A stretch of 64,000 nucleotides of DNA, from NCBI GenBank assembly GCA_963693055.1, contig OY843751.1:5440001-5504000 (forward strand). The letters are read 5' to 3'. The notes below the pieces were generated by a model. That model did no database searches and had not been told where the DNA came from. It saw nothing but the letters and a program-made list of their open reading frames with translations. Positions 29,118-37,949 of this stretch are shown here, piece by piece; within the stretch, counting starts at the first letter, position 1, and every line of letters starts with the position of its first letter. Both the position numbers and the translations under genes were made by a program. This stretch comes from a bacterium (lineage in GTDB: Bacteria; Zhuqueibacterota; Zhuqueibacteria; Residuimicrobiales; Krinioviventaceae).

Positions 29118-30515
29118 ATGAAAAAAATAGCTATTTTACTGATTATTATTGCTACCGGCTTTCTGAATTGTACCTCAACATCTCAGGAAAATTTATCACA
29201 GCATATTCAGCTTTGTATTCAAAATCCGCACTATTTTGCATACAAGGGAAAACCCGTTTTACTACTAGGGGGATCAGACGAAGACAATTTATTCAACAAT
29301 CCATACCTGATGGAAGAAAACCTTGAAACATTGTACGAGGTGGGCGGAAATTACATCCGGTGTACAATGTCAAGTAGGGATAACGGTAATGTATGGCCAT
29401 TTGCCCAAAAACAAAATGGATTGTATGACCTTGATCAGTATAACCAAGAGTACTGGAACCGTTTTGAAAACTGTCTTGTCAGAGCCAGAGACTATGATAT
29501 CATTGTACAGGTCGAAATCTGGGCAACTTTTGATTTTTATAGAGATTACTGGACAGTCAATCCATTTAATCCTGCAAACAATATTAATTATAGCATAGAT
29601 GACACACAATTAAAATCAACCTGGCCGCATCATCCGGCAAGCAAGCCGCAACCTTTTTTCTTTTCTGTTCCTGAACAGAATAATGATTCTTTGCTAATCA
29701 AATACCAGCGCAAATTTGTAGATAAACTTTTGAGCATCAGTCTGAATTATGATAACGTACTGTATTGTATGGATAATGAAACACGGGCGCCTGCTGAATG
29801 GGCCTGGTATTGGGCTGATTATATTCAAAAAAAAGCCTATCAATCTGGTGTTCCGGTTATGCTCACAGAAATGTGGGACGCTCATGATCTTCACAACAAA
29901 GAACACCGTCGCACCTATGACCATCTTGAACTTTTTGCCTATTTTGACATCTCTCAAAACAACTGGCAGGAAGGCCAAACACATTACGAAAATGCCCTCT
30001 GGGTTAGAAACTTGCTTCAAGACCACGGAGGCGTTCGCCCCCTTACCAATATCAAAGTATATCATCGTCGTCATAACAACATGCCAAATACTCCCTCAGT
30101 TGGTGTTGATCGCTGGTGGCAAAATATCTTTGCAGGATGCGCAAGCACCCGTTTTCATCGCCCTACCGGAGGCACAGGTTTAAATCCGCTTTCTCAACAA
30201 AATATTAGAGCGGCACGTACTTTTACAGATGCTTTTAATATTTTTGCATGCCAACCCCTTCCCGATCTGCTAAGTGACACGGATCCAAATGAAGCGTACT
30301 GCCTGGCTGATCCTGGTAATACATATGCTTTATATTTTCCAACCGGTGGTAATGTTACCCTCAAGCTTGAAGAAACCTCAAAACAATACAAAATAACCTG
30401 GTTTGATCCGGTTACTCTTAAATTTTATAAAGCAAAAACTATTACCGGCAATCCCGCACAAATTCAATCACCCAATATGGACCAGATATGGCTGGCACTG
30501 ATCAATATCCAGTAG
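29118..30515 (+). CDS. Lipoprotein with a glycoside-hydrolase-like domain and putative collagen-binding C-terminal domain
   Basis: Lipobox FLNC; GGNYIR; MDNE; C-terminal 'YALYFPTGG...WFDP'. Confidence 0.65.
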   Translation: MKKIAILLIIIATGFLNCTSTSQENLSQHIQLCIQNPHYFAYKGKPVLLLGGSDEDNLFNNPYLMEENLETLYEVGGNYIRCTMSSRDNGNVWPFAQKQNGLYDLDQYNQEYWNRFENCLVRARDYDIIVQVEIWATFDFYRDYWTVNPFNPANNINYSIDDTQLKSTWPHHPASKPQPFFFSVPEQNNDSLLIKYQRKFVDKLLSISLNYDNVLYCMDNETRAPAEWAWYWADYIQKKAYQSGVPVMLTEMWDAHDLHNKEHRRTYDHLELFAYFDISQNNWQEGQTHYENALWVRNLLQDHGGVRPLTNIKVYHRRHNNMPNTPSVGVDRWWQNIFAGCASTRFHRPTGGTGLNPLSQQNIRAARTFTDAFNIFACQPLPDLLSDTDPNEAYCLADPGNTYALYFPTGGNVTLKLEETSKQYKITWFDPVTLKFYKAKTITGNPAQIQSPNMDQIWLALINIQ

Positions 30516-31495
30516 ATTTACCTTACCCGGACCAGATTATTGACATGCTTGTGCCGGACAACCAGGGAAAAGAGCGTCTTGACAAATTTCTTTGCGATCA
30601 TCTCCCCTCTGTTACACGAGCCAAGATCAAAAAACTGATCGATGTTGCTGGTGTTACGGTGAACGATGTTCCTGTTAAAGCAGGTTACAGTATTAGACCG
30701 GGAGATAAAATACGTATTCGTTTTCCAAGACCACCCAAAACCGAACTGGAGCCCGAAGATATTCCTCTTGATATCATTTATGAAGATGACCACCTTCTTG
30801 TAGTAAATAAACCGCCGGGCATGGTTGTGCATCCCGCTTATGGAAACCGGACCGGAACACTGGTAAACGCATTACTTGCCCATTGCGGCCAGCTTTCAGA
30901 TGTAGGCGGAGAAACCCGTCCGGGACTGGTACATAGGTTGGACAAAGATACATCCGGCTTGTTGGTCGTAGCTAAAAACGATGTCACCCATGTAGAATTG
31001 GCAAGACAATTGTCCTCACGCAAAATGGACAGAGAATACCGGGCAATTATCTGGCGGCACCCCAAAGCAAAATCCGGTACAATTGAAGCCGCTTTAGGCC
31101 GTAACCCCAAAGACAGAACCCTAATGCGCATCGATCCGGAAGGCAAGCACGCAATTACCCACTATGAAGTGCTTGAAAGGCATTCGCTAACCAGCTATAT
31201 AAAACTCAATCTGGAAACCGGGCGCACACATCAAATCAGAGTTCACATGACTTCACTGGGGCACCCCATTTTTTCGGATGCCGCTTATGGGGGCAGAGGC
31301 AAACAGCTAGCCGGAATGAATAACGAACGAACAAAGTTTATAAACGGCCTGTTTAAAGACTTTAAACGACAAATGCTGCACGCAAAAAGTTTGGCATTTG
31401 TTCATCCGGCAACCCACGAACTCATGAGATTCGACTCTCCCATTCCTCAGGATATGCAAGATTTGTTGGAACAACTCAGGTCTACACATGTGTAA
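30488..31495 (+). CDS. rluD: RluA-family 23S rRNA pseudouridine synthase with an S4 domain
   Basis: RLDKFL; NKPPGMVVHP; VHRLDKDTSG; LETGRTHQIRVH; exact start uncertain. Confidence 0.88.
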   Translation: MAGTDQYPVDLPYPDQIIDMLVPDNQGKERLDKFLCDHLPSVTRAKIKKLIDVAGVTVNDVPVKAGYSIRPGDKIRIRFPRPPKTELEPEDIPLDIIYEDDHLLVVNKPPGMVVHPAYGNRTGTLVNALLAHCGQLSDVGGETRPGLVHRLDKDTSGLLVVAKNDVTHVELARQLSSRKMDREYRAIIWRHPKAKSGTIEAALGRNPKDRTLMRIDPEGKHAITHYEVLERHSLTSYIKLNLETGRTHQIRVHMTSLGHPIFSDAAYGGRGKQLAGMNNERTKFINGLFKDFKRQMLHAKSLAFVHPATHELMRFDSPIPQDMQDLLEQLRSTHV

Positions 31496-31658
31496 ATATC
31501 CTACAGTTGTATATTTTTCACATGTGTAAAAAACCTACACTTGGAATTTTCTTTAACGATCCACTCTGAGCGAGATAGCCGCAAATCAATCATTTACAAA
31601 CACTTACGAAAAATACAATCTCCATTCATTTTATCCTTTCTTCTGGCATACCTATTGC
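31491..31658 (+). promoter_or_regulatory. Sigma-54 promoter with an IHF site and three upstream activator boxes
   Basis: TGT-N9-ACA at 31491, 31508 and 31525; AATCAA-tcat-TTA at 31584-31596; TGGCAT-accta-TTGC at 31644-31658. Confidence 0.75.
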
Positions 31659-31696
31659 CTGTACCCTATTGAAGAAAGATAAAAGAGAGGTTAATC

Positions 31697-33439
31697 ATGG
31701 AAAATACTAAAGCGAAACAAATGCTGCTCTTTTTGTGGATTACAGCCGCAGTTCTGATCCTGCTAAGTATGGTATTATGGGGTCAGTCTCATGCAGCCGT
31801 GACTGAAGAATTTACAATCAATTCAGATAATGATATTTCCGTCAGCGAGATGGAATCCAAATACCTGGGCCCTGACAGTTCTCCGTTGCGCTTCAATGGT
31901 GACACCACTATTGAAGAAGACCAGTTGATCAGACGAGATGTTGTCGTTGTAGATGGCACAATCCAAATCAAAGGCGAAATTGAAGGCAATGTACTTTGTA
32001 TATATGGTGATATTGAATTGGATGAAAACGCCCGCGTTTTGGGTAATGTTGTCAGCATCGAAGGAATAATTTGGACCAATGAAGGTTCCTTTGTTGAAGG
32101 TGATATCATTGAAACCAGCGGTTCAAAGAGCAATAAACGAATTGAAAGATCTGACAAATACGATGAGAATGAGAATGACAATGACTCGGACAGAGCAAAG
32201 CGCAGATCAAAAAGAAAATCAAACATTTCTGTTCGATATCGTGATTACGAATATGATGATGAGCCCATGTGGTTTGAATACAGCAGTGTTGACGGATTAA
32301 CTCTTGGTATGAAATTCCCCGAACCAGGCTGGTGGCAGTATCGTGACCATGACTTTGCGATACTCGGCAAAATAGGGTACTCTTTTGCCCGCAAGGAATG
32401 GCAATACAAAGTAGGTCTTGAAAAATGGTTCCTGCAAGATAATCGTATGGCATTTGGCGGAGAATATCATGATCTTACAGCATCAGAAGATAACTGGATT
32501 ATTTCTGATACCGAAAACACCCTGGCGTCTCTTTTATTCAAAGAAGATTTTCGTGATCATTATTTAAAAGAAGGTTTTTCAGTCTATATGAAAAATTACC
32601 TTACTCATTATTTAAATTTCAAAATTGCTTATAATGAAGACCGTTTTAAAAATCTTCAAACCCGTGCTGATTGGGCAGTATTCGGTGGAGACGATAAAAA
32701 GTTCAGACCCAATGCGGCCGCGCTTCCTCAAGGTCTGGTAGATCAGGAATTGGCCAAACCGGCAGGATTTCAAAATCCATATTTGGATTTGACCAGCTAT
32801 ACTCTTGATGCGGAATTTGATACACGCGACAGTTACAAACACCCGCAACGAGGTTGGTACGTACAAGCCTTTGCTGAAAGAGCAACTTATACTCAGCTTG
32901 AAAACAGTGAATTTGACCGATATGTACTTGATATCAGACGTTATCAGCCGCTGGGTTGGGATGAGAATCTCAACATTCGTTTACGTGGCGGCACTACCAA
33001 GGGTGATGTGCCCCCTATGTACTGGTTCAATCTTGGCGGACTCTCAACCTTGCGTGGTTATGAATTTAAAGAATTTACCGGCGATCGTATGGTTTTGGGA
33101 AATATAGAGTACCGAATGCGCACAAGTGATGATGACTGGTTTATATTTGACACCTTTGACATCGTATTGTTTGTAGATTCCGGTCTGGCATGGTTTGCAG
33201 ACAGTGAAACCCCGAACCGGGTAAACGCTTGGAATTATGATAATGAAACAGAAAATCCTGATGCAACAAACAGTGACCCACAAGACACGTTCGATTCTTT
33301 GACCTGGAATTCGCTGAAAACCAATGTAGGCGTTGCCCTTGCAACTGAAGATGATGAATTCAGAATTAATTTTGCACGTAGAACAGATGTCGGTGGAAGA
33401 GATTTTGTTGTAACATTTCGCATCAATCACCCGTTTTAA
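31697..33439 (+). CDS. Omp85/BamA-TamA-family barrel with an N-terminal bactofilin-like beta-helix
   Basis: Repeated 'GDVV/GNVL/GDII' turns; LGGLSTLRGY lid motif; 'LFVDSG.AW'; terminal Phe. Confidence 0.75.
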   Translation: MENTKAKQMLLFLWITAAVLILLSMVLWGQSHAAVTEEFTINSDNDISVSEMESKYLGPDSSPLRFNGDTTIEEDQLIRRDVVVVDGTIQIKGEIEGNVLCIYGDIELDENARVLGNVVSIEGIIWTNEGSFVEGDIIETSGSKSNKRIERSDKYDENENDNDSDRAKRRSKRKSNISVRYRDYEYDDEPMWFEYSSVDGLTLGMKFPEPGWWQYRDHDFAILGKIGYSFARKEWQYKVGLEKWFLQDNRMAFGGEYHDLTASEDNWIISDTENTLASLLFKEDFRDHYLKEGFSVYMKNYLTHYLNFKIAYNEDRFKNLQTRADWAVFGGDDKKFRPNAAALPQGLVDQELAKPAGFQNPYLDLTSYTLDAEFDTRDSYKHPQRGWYVQAFAERATYTQLENSEFDRYVLDIRRYQPLGWDENLNIRLRGGTTKGDVPPMYWFNLGGLSTLRGYEFKEFTGDRMVLGNIEYRMRTSDDDWFIFDTFDIVLFVDSGLAWFADSETPNRVNAWNYDNETENPDATNSDPQDTFDSLTWNSLKTNVGVALATEDDEFRINFARRTDVGGRDFVVTFRINHPF

Positions 33440-33466
33440 ATAGTATCACACAACTCCAAGCCCGTA

Positions 33467-33497
33467 CATGAAGAAGCGGAAACTCCGCTTCTTCATG
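33467..33497. other. Perfect 14-bp intercistronic hairpin
   Basis: CATGAAGAAGCGGA-aac-TCCGCTTCTTCATG; no U-tract. Confidence 0.6.
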
Positions 33498-33530
33498 CAT
33501 TATATAAAAATGCAGGGAGGTTCCAAACCA

Positions 33531-34379
33531 ATGAAAAATTTATTGCTACTATTATTCTTGATTTTATTCCTGACGAATAATACCTTCGCCTATAATGATA
33601 TGACTCTGGAAGAGCATTTCACAATTTCAGAAAAGCTTGATATTGATATCAATATTGACGCGGGAGAGATCAAAGTCAGACAAAATGAAATTGATGACCA
33701 ATGCCATGTCCGCATTCAATACAATACAGATCGCGCAGAAGCTGATATCCGTTTTAATGATAAAAAAAACGCTCTTGACGTTATTGTAGATTATGATTCA
33801 TGGAAATCCGTTGGTAAAGATCATGAAGACCACAACAGGGGTCCTGAAGTATTGATTGAACTCCCTTCCAGTGCAATTCTGGATATCAATGCAAAGCTCA
33901 AAGCCGGTGAATTTGATTTAAGACTTGGCGGTCTTAAAATACGCAGTTTCCAATTCACCAATTGGGCGGGAGAAGCAGATATAAATTTTGTCTCACCCAA
34001 CCAGATTGAAATGGAAACCCTGGATATTAATTTCAAAGTAGGCGAGCTCAATATCCGCAACTTGGGGAACGCGCGTTTTAAAGAAGCCGATATCAACAGC
34101 GGCATTGGAGAATTAAACATTGATTTTAGAGGAGATCTGCTCGAAAGGGCCATGGCACGCATTGATCTGGATATTGGTGAAACACAAATCACCGTCCCGG
34201 AAGAGGTTGGCTCTAAATTACGCGTATCAAAATTTCTGTTTTTAGCAGAGATCAGCTATCCCCATTGGTTTGAAAAAAGAGGCAAATATTATTATTCAGA
34301 AAACTATTCGGATAGTGAAAAAAATTTGTATCTTATAATATCGGCAGGAATTGGTGAACTATCTATAGATGTTAAATAG
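33531..34379 (+). CDS. Secreted toast-rack (LiaF/LiaG, DUF2154/DUF4097-like) beta-solenoid protein
   Basis: GGAGG RBS; signal peptide; repeated 'xGExxIxx' units (AGEIKV, AGEFDL, AGEADI, VGELNI, IGELNI, IGETQI, IGELSI). Confidence 0.65.
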   Translation: MKNLLLLLFLILFLTNNTFAYNDMTLEEHFTISEKLDIDINIDAGEIKVRQNEIDDQCHVRIQYNTDRAEADIRFNDKKNALDVIVDYDSWKSVGKDHEDHNRGPEVLIELPSSAILDINAKLKAGEFDLRLGGLKIRSFQFTNWAGEADINFVSPNQIEMETLDINFKVGELNIRNLGNARFKEADINSGIGELNIDFRGDLLERAMARIDLDIGETQITVPEEVGSKLRVSKFLFLAEISYPHWFEKRGKYYYSENYSDSEKNLYLIISAGIGELSIDVK

Positions 34380-34384
34380 TAGAC

Positions 34385-36109
34385 ATGATTATGAAATTTC
34401 TTAAAATTCTTTTACTCCTTTTTATCTCTGCTTCGGTCTTGTTTTCTAGTGAATCAACAAAACCAGCCGTAAACATTGACAATACAGGTCTGAAAAACTG
34501 GGCGGTTAAAGCATTCACAATTGACCATGATATGTATTTAACCATCACAGCTACCGGTCAGGCTGTAAATGATCAATGGCAAGCAAAAGCATGGATATTA
34601 AATGCTCAAACCCGACGCCCCGTCTGGGAAATGAACTTTGATAATTCTCACAAAATAAACGACAATGGTCGTAGAAGATTCCTGGGAGAACAATTATTCA
34701 CAGCAGGTTCGTATGAAGTCTATTTTGGCACAGATGCATATGTACAGCAAAAAGCCAAAGGATGGACGGGAATTGTAGACGACTTGTTTGACAATCTTGA
34801 TTATTATGAAAGAGACAAACGCTATTGGGGAATAACTGTAGAATCACAGGATGATGAACAAAACGCATTTCATCCTGTACAGATAAATGAAACAAAGGGC
34901 ATCAATCCGGATATCCACATGGCCCCAATTGGAGATAACGCTAAAGAAGAAACCGGCTTTTTGCTGGAACAGGAAACCACTATTCAGATATATATGGTGG
35001 GCGAAGGGACCCGTAAAAACGATCAAATGTATGATTACGGATGGATCACAAATTCCGATACTCATCAAAGAGTATGGCAGGCCCAGGTCAAAGAGACGCT
35101 ATATGGGGGTGGAGCAGAAAAAAACCGCATTGTAGATGAAACCTTTCTTCTTCCGGCAGGGCATTATACACTGCATTACATTACAGATGACTCTCATTCT
35201 CCCGACATGTTTAATCAAATGCCCCCCTATGATCCTCTAAGCTGGGGGATATCTGTATGGTCAAGTGATGGTGATATTATTCTGAATGAAAAGCAGGCCA
35301 TTACCTCTATATCATCACTTGCACCTATTGTCAGTTTTACCAAAATGCAGAATAATGAATATAATTGTGAGGGTTTTGAAATCCGTGAACCTATGGATAT
35401 TTACATCCAGTGTGTGGGTGAGTACTCTAGAATTTTTAATACTTTTGCAGATTATGGTTGGATCACAAACGCACATACACGTGAACGTATCTGGACCATG
35501 ACACTGGACAATTCTTTTCATGCAGGTGGCAGCAGAAAAAACCGCAAAACCCAGGACCATATACACCTGGAACCGGGGGCCTATACCGTTCACTATATAA
35601 CAGATGATAGCCATGCTTTTAATTCCTGGAACAGCAGCAAACCATCAGAACCGGAGCAATGGGGTATAACCATAACTCCCGAAGACAATTCAGCAAACGT
35701 AAAAATATATCCCTATTCAGAAAAGGACGATCCGGCTATACTGGCATCAATAAAACAAGTAAATAAAAATGAACACAGACGAAAATCCTTTGACCTTGAT
35801 CAGGGTGCAAATATACGAATTTACGCACTGGGAGAAGGTGAAAAGGATGAAATGTACGATTATGGTTGGATAGAAAACCAGGACGGTGACTGGGTATGGG
35901 AAATGGAATATGACGACACATTTCATGCAGGTGGTGCCAGAAAGAATAGATTGTTTAATGATATAATTTATTTACCTGCCGGCAAATATACCGTTCACTA
36001 TGAATCGGATGACAGTCATAATTATAATGATTGGAACGCAGACCCACCAGATGATGCAATGAGTTGGGGAATTACTTTGATCAATACTGAATGGATAGAA
36101 AATCAATAA
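34385..36109 (+). CDS. Secreted protein with four ~135-aa internal repeats
   Basis: DYGWI..VW..GG..KNR..L.AG.YT.HY..DDSH..WGI three times plus a degenerate first copy. Confidence 0.85.
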   Translation: MIMKFLKILLLLFISASVLFSSESTKPAVNIDNTGLKNWAVKAFTIDHDMYLTITATGQAVNDQWQAKAWILNAQTRRPVWEMNFDNSHKINDNGRRRFLGEQLFTAGSYEVYFGTDAYVQQKAKGWTGIVDDLFDNLDYYERDKRYWGITVESQDDEQNAFHPVQINETKGINPDIHMAPIGDNAKEETGFLLEQETTIQIYMVGEGTRKNDQMYDYGWITNSDTHQRVWQAQVKETLYGGGAEKNRIVDETFLLPAGHYTLHYITDDSHSPDMFNQMPPYDPLSWGISVWSSDGDIILNEKQAITSISSLAPIVSFTKMQNNEYNCEGFEIREPMDIYIQCVGEYSRIFNTFADYGWITNAHTRERIWTMTLDNSFHAGGSRKNRKTQDHIHLEPGAYTVHYITDDSHAFNSWNSSKPSEPEQWGITITPEDNSANVKIYPYSEKDDPAILASIKQVNKNEHRRKSFDLDQGANIRIYALGEGEKDEMYDYGWIENQDGDWVWEMEYDDTFHAGGARKNRLFNDIIYLPAGKYTVHYESDDSHNYNDWNADPPDDAMSWGITLINTEWIENQ

Positions 36110-36136
36110 AAAAGGCGGCAAATGCCGCCTTTTTTA
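36107..36136. terminator. Bidirectional intrinsic terminator
   Basis: TAAAAAAGGCGGCA-aa-TGCCGCCTTTTTTA between convergent genes. Confidence 0.85.
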
Positions 36137-36493
36137 TTTTTGCGCTTTTGCTTTACAGCACTCGCTTTGACTTTCTTTGCAACAATCCTTATTGCATGTC
36201 TTTACTGCAGGACACTGGTTATCAACAACTTTGAAACCAGTTTTATTAACAGCCTGAGTAATTTTTGCTGCATCTGCTTTGTCGGTCTCATATGTAACTT
36301 TGGCAGAATTACTGGCTAAAACCACATCAGCCTCTGTAACGCCATCCACTTTCTCTATTGCAGCTTTAACAGCGTGAACACAACCATTACAGGTCATACC
36401 ATCAATTTTCAAATCAACGGTTTCTTTCTCGCCTGCTAAAACAGCAACTACTGCAATAATAGAAAAAAGAATTATAAATTTTGTCATCTTCAT
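36134..36493 (-). CDS. Exported heavy-metal-associated (CopZ/MerP-like) protein with a Cys-rich tail
   Basis: Signal peptide; GMTCNGC; tail C..C..CC..CC. Confidence 0.85.
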   Translation of the reverse strand: MKMTKFIILFSIIAVVAVLAGEKETVDLKIDGMTCNGCVHAVKAAIEKVDGVTEADVVLASNSAKVTYETDKADAAKITQAVNKTGFKVVDNQCPAVKTCNKDCCKESQSECCKAKAQK

Positions 36494-36626
36494 TTCATCT
36501 CTCCTTTTTCAAAATACAACCTGACTCTGCCAAGTATGAATACAACCTAAAAGACCATTTGAATGAATATTCCTGTTTGTTATATAACAAATATATAATT
36601 ATATTGCAAAAAACAAAAGAGGACAT

Positions 36627-37796
36627 TTGAAAATAATATTAACATGCCTTACTCTGCTGATGGTATATTGGATGTATGAATACCTTATGTTGAGTATAAA
36701 AAGAAGAAAAATACCAAACAGAATATTGGTAACCGGTACCCGGGGTAAATCTTCTGTAACCCGGCTTGTAGCCGCAGGTCTAAATGCCGCAGGCATAAAA
36801 ACAATAGCCAAGGTTACCGGTAGTGCTGCCAGAATAATAATGCCGGATGGAACAGAACACACCATCCAAAGAAATGGCATGCCAACTATCCTTGAACAGA
36901 AAAAGATCATATCCATTGCAGTTGAAAATAAAGCACAATGCCTCGTTGTTGAAGGCATGGCAATACGCCCGCAAATGATCAAAACCGAATCATTTTCCAT
37001 CATTAAACCCAATTCAATCATTGTTTGCAGAATTGGTCCCGACCATTTGGATATAACCGCGGAAACCATCCCCGGACTGGTTAAAGCCTATTCAAAAACC
37101 ATTACAGAAAACAGTATGGTTTTCACATTACCAGAAAACCGGGAGCTGTTTGCCAAACGTTGTTTTTATATGGACGCCGAGCTTTACGATCCTGTTGATA
37201 TGGAATCAAATGCTTTAGAAATCCCACTTGATCGTTTCTCATATATAGAACACAAAGAAAATATTGAACTCGCACTTCAGGTATGCAATTACCTTGGAGT
37301 TGATTCCGGAACTGCGCTTTCGGGCATGCTTCGTGCCAATCCCGATCCTGGTGCCCTTGCACTATATAAATGCGATATTGACAATTCAACGATAACATTC
37401 ATACAGGCATTTGCAGCTAACGACACCCATGCACTGTCTATCATTCAGGAAAGTCTAAAATCACATCTGGAGGGCAATGTAATCATCATAATCAATACAC
37501 GCAAAGACAGGCCCTTTAGAAGCCGTGAAATGCTTAAATATGTACAAACGCATTCTCACGTCAAGGAATGCATACTGACCGGAAATGGACATTTGGAACC
37601 CTTGCGTCAGGAACTTGAAAAATCTATCAAAACCATAATACTTGAAGATACCGAATCTATTATAGCATTTATTTCTAAAAATACATTACAGCCTGCTACT
37701 ATTCTGGGAATAGGAAACCTATATGGAGCGGGTCAGGAACTTTGTTCCTATTTTAAAAACAAATGCACAACATCGTCAAACAATGTCGTGCATTAA
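36627..37796 (+). CDS. pgsB: Poly-gamma-glutamate synthase PgsB/CapB
   Basis: VTGTRGKSSVTRL; AKVTG; ILEQ; DHLD; PDPGAL; FAAND; AGAGG RBS with TTG start. Confidence 0.85.
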   Translation: MKIILTCLTLLMVYWMYEYLMLSIKRRKIPNRILVTGTRGKSSVTRLVAAGLNAAGIKTIAKVTGSAARIIMPDGTEHTIQRNGMPTILEQKKIISIAVENKAQCLVVEGMAIRPQMIKTESFSIIKPNSIIVCRIGPDHLDITAETIPGLVKAYSKTITENSMVFTLPENRELFAKRCFYMDAELYDPVDMESNALEIPLDRFSYIEHKENIELALQVCNYLGVDSGTALSGMLRANPDPGALALYKCDIDNSTITFIQAFAANDTHALSIIQESLKSHLEGNVIIIINTRKDRPFRSREMLKYVQTHSHVKECILTGNGHLEPLRQELEKSIKTIILEDTESIIAFISKNTLQPATILGIGNLYGAGQELCSYFKNKCTTSSNNVVH

Positions 37797-37869
37797 AAAA
37801 AAATCAAGAAAATTTAATTTTTTTGTTGTTTAATTATTAAAAATTTATTACATTTAATTCTGTAAGGTT

Positions 37870-37942
37870 GAGGGCGTAGCTCAGCCGGTAGAGCAGCGGC
37901 CTTTTAAGCCGTCGGTCGTGGGTTCGATTCCCGCCGCCCTCA
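37870..37942 (+). tRNA. tRNA-Lys(TTT)
   Basis: Acceptor stem GAGGGCG/CGCCCTC; anticodon loop CTTTTAA; GTTCGATTC T-loop; CCA not encoded. Confidence 0.95.
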
Positions 37943-37949
37943 CTTCTTC

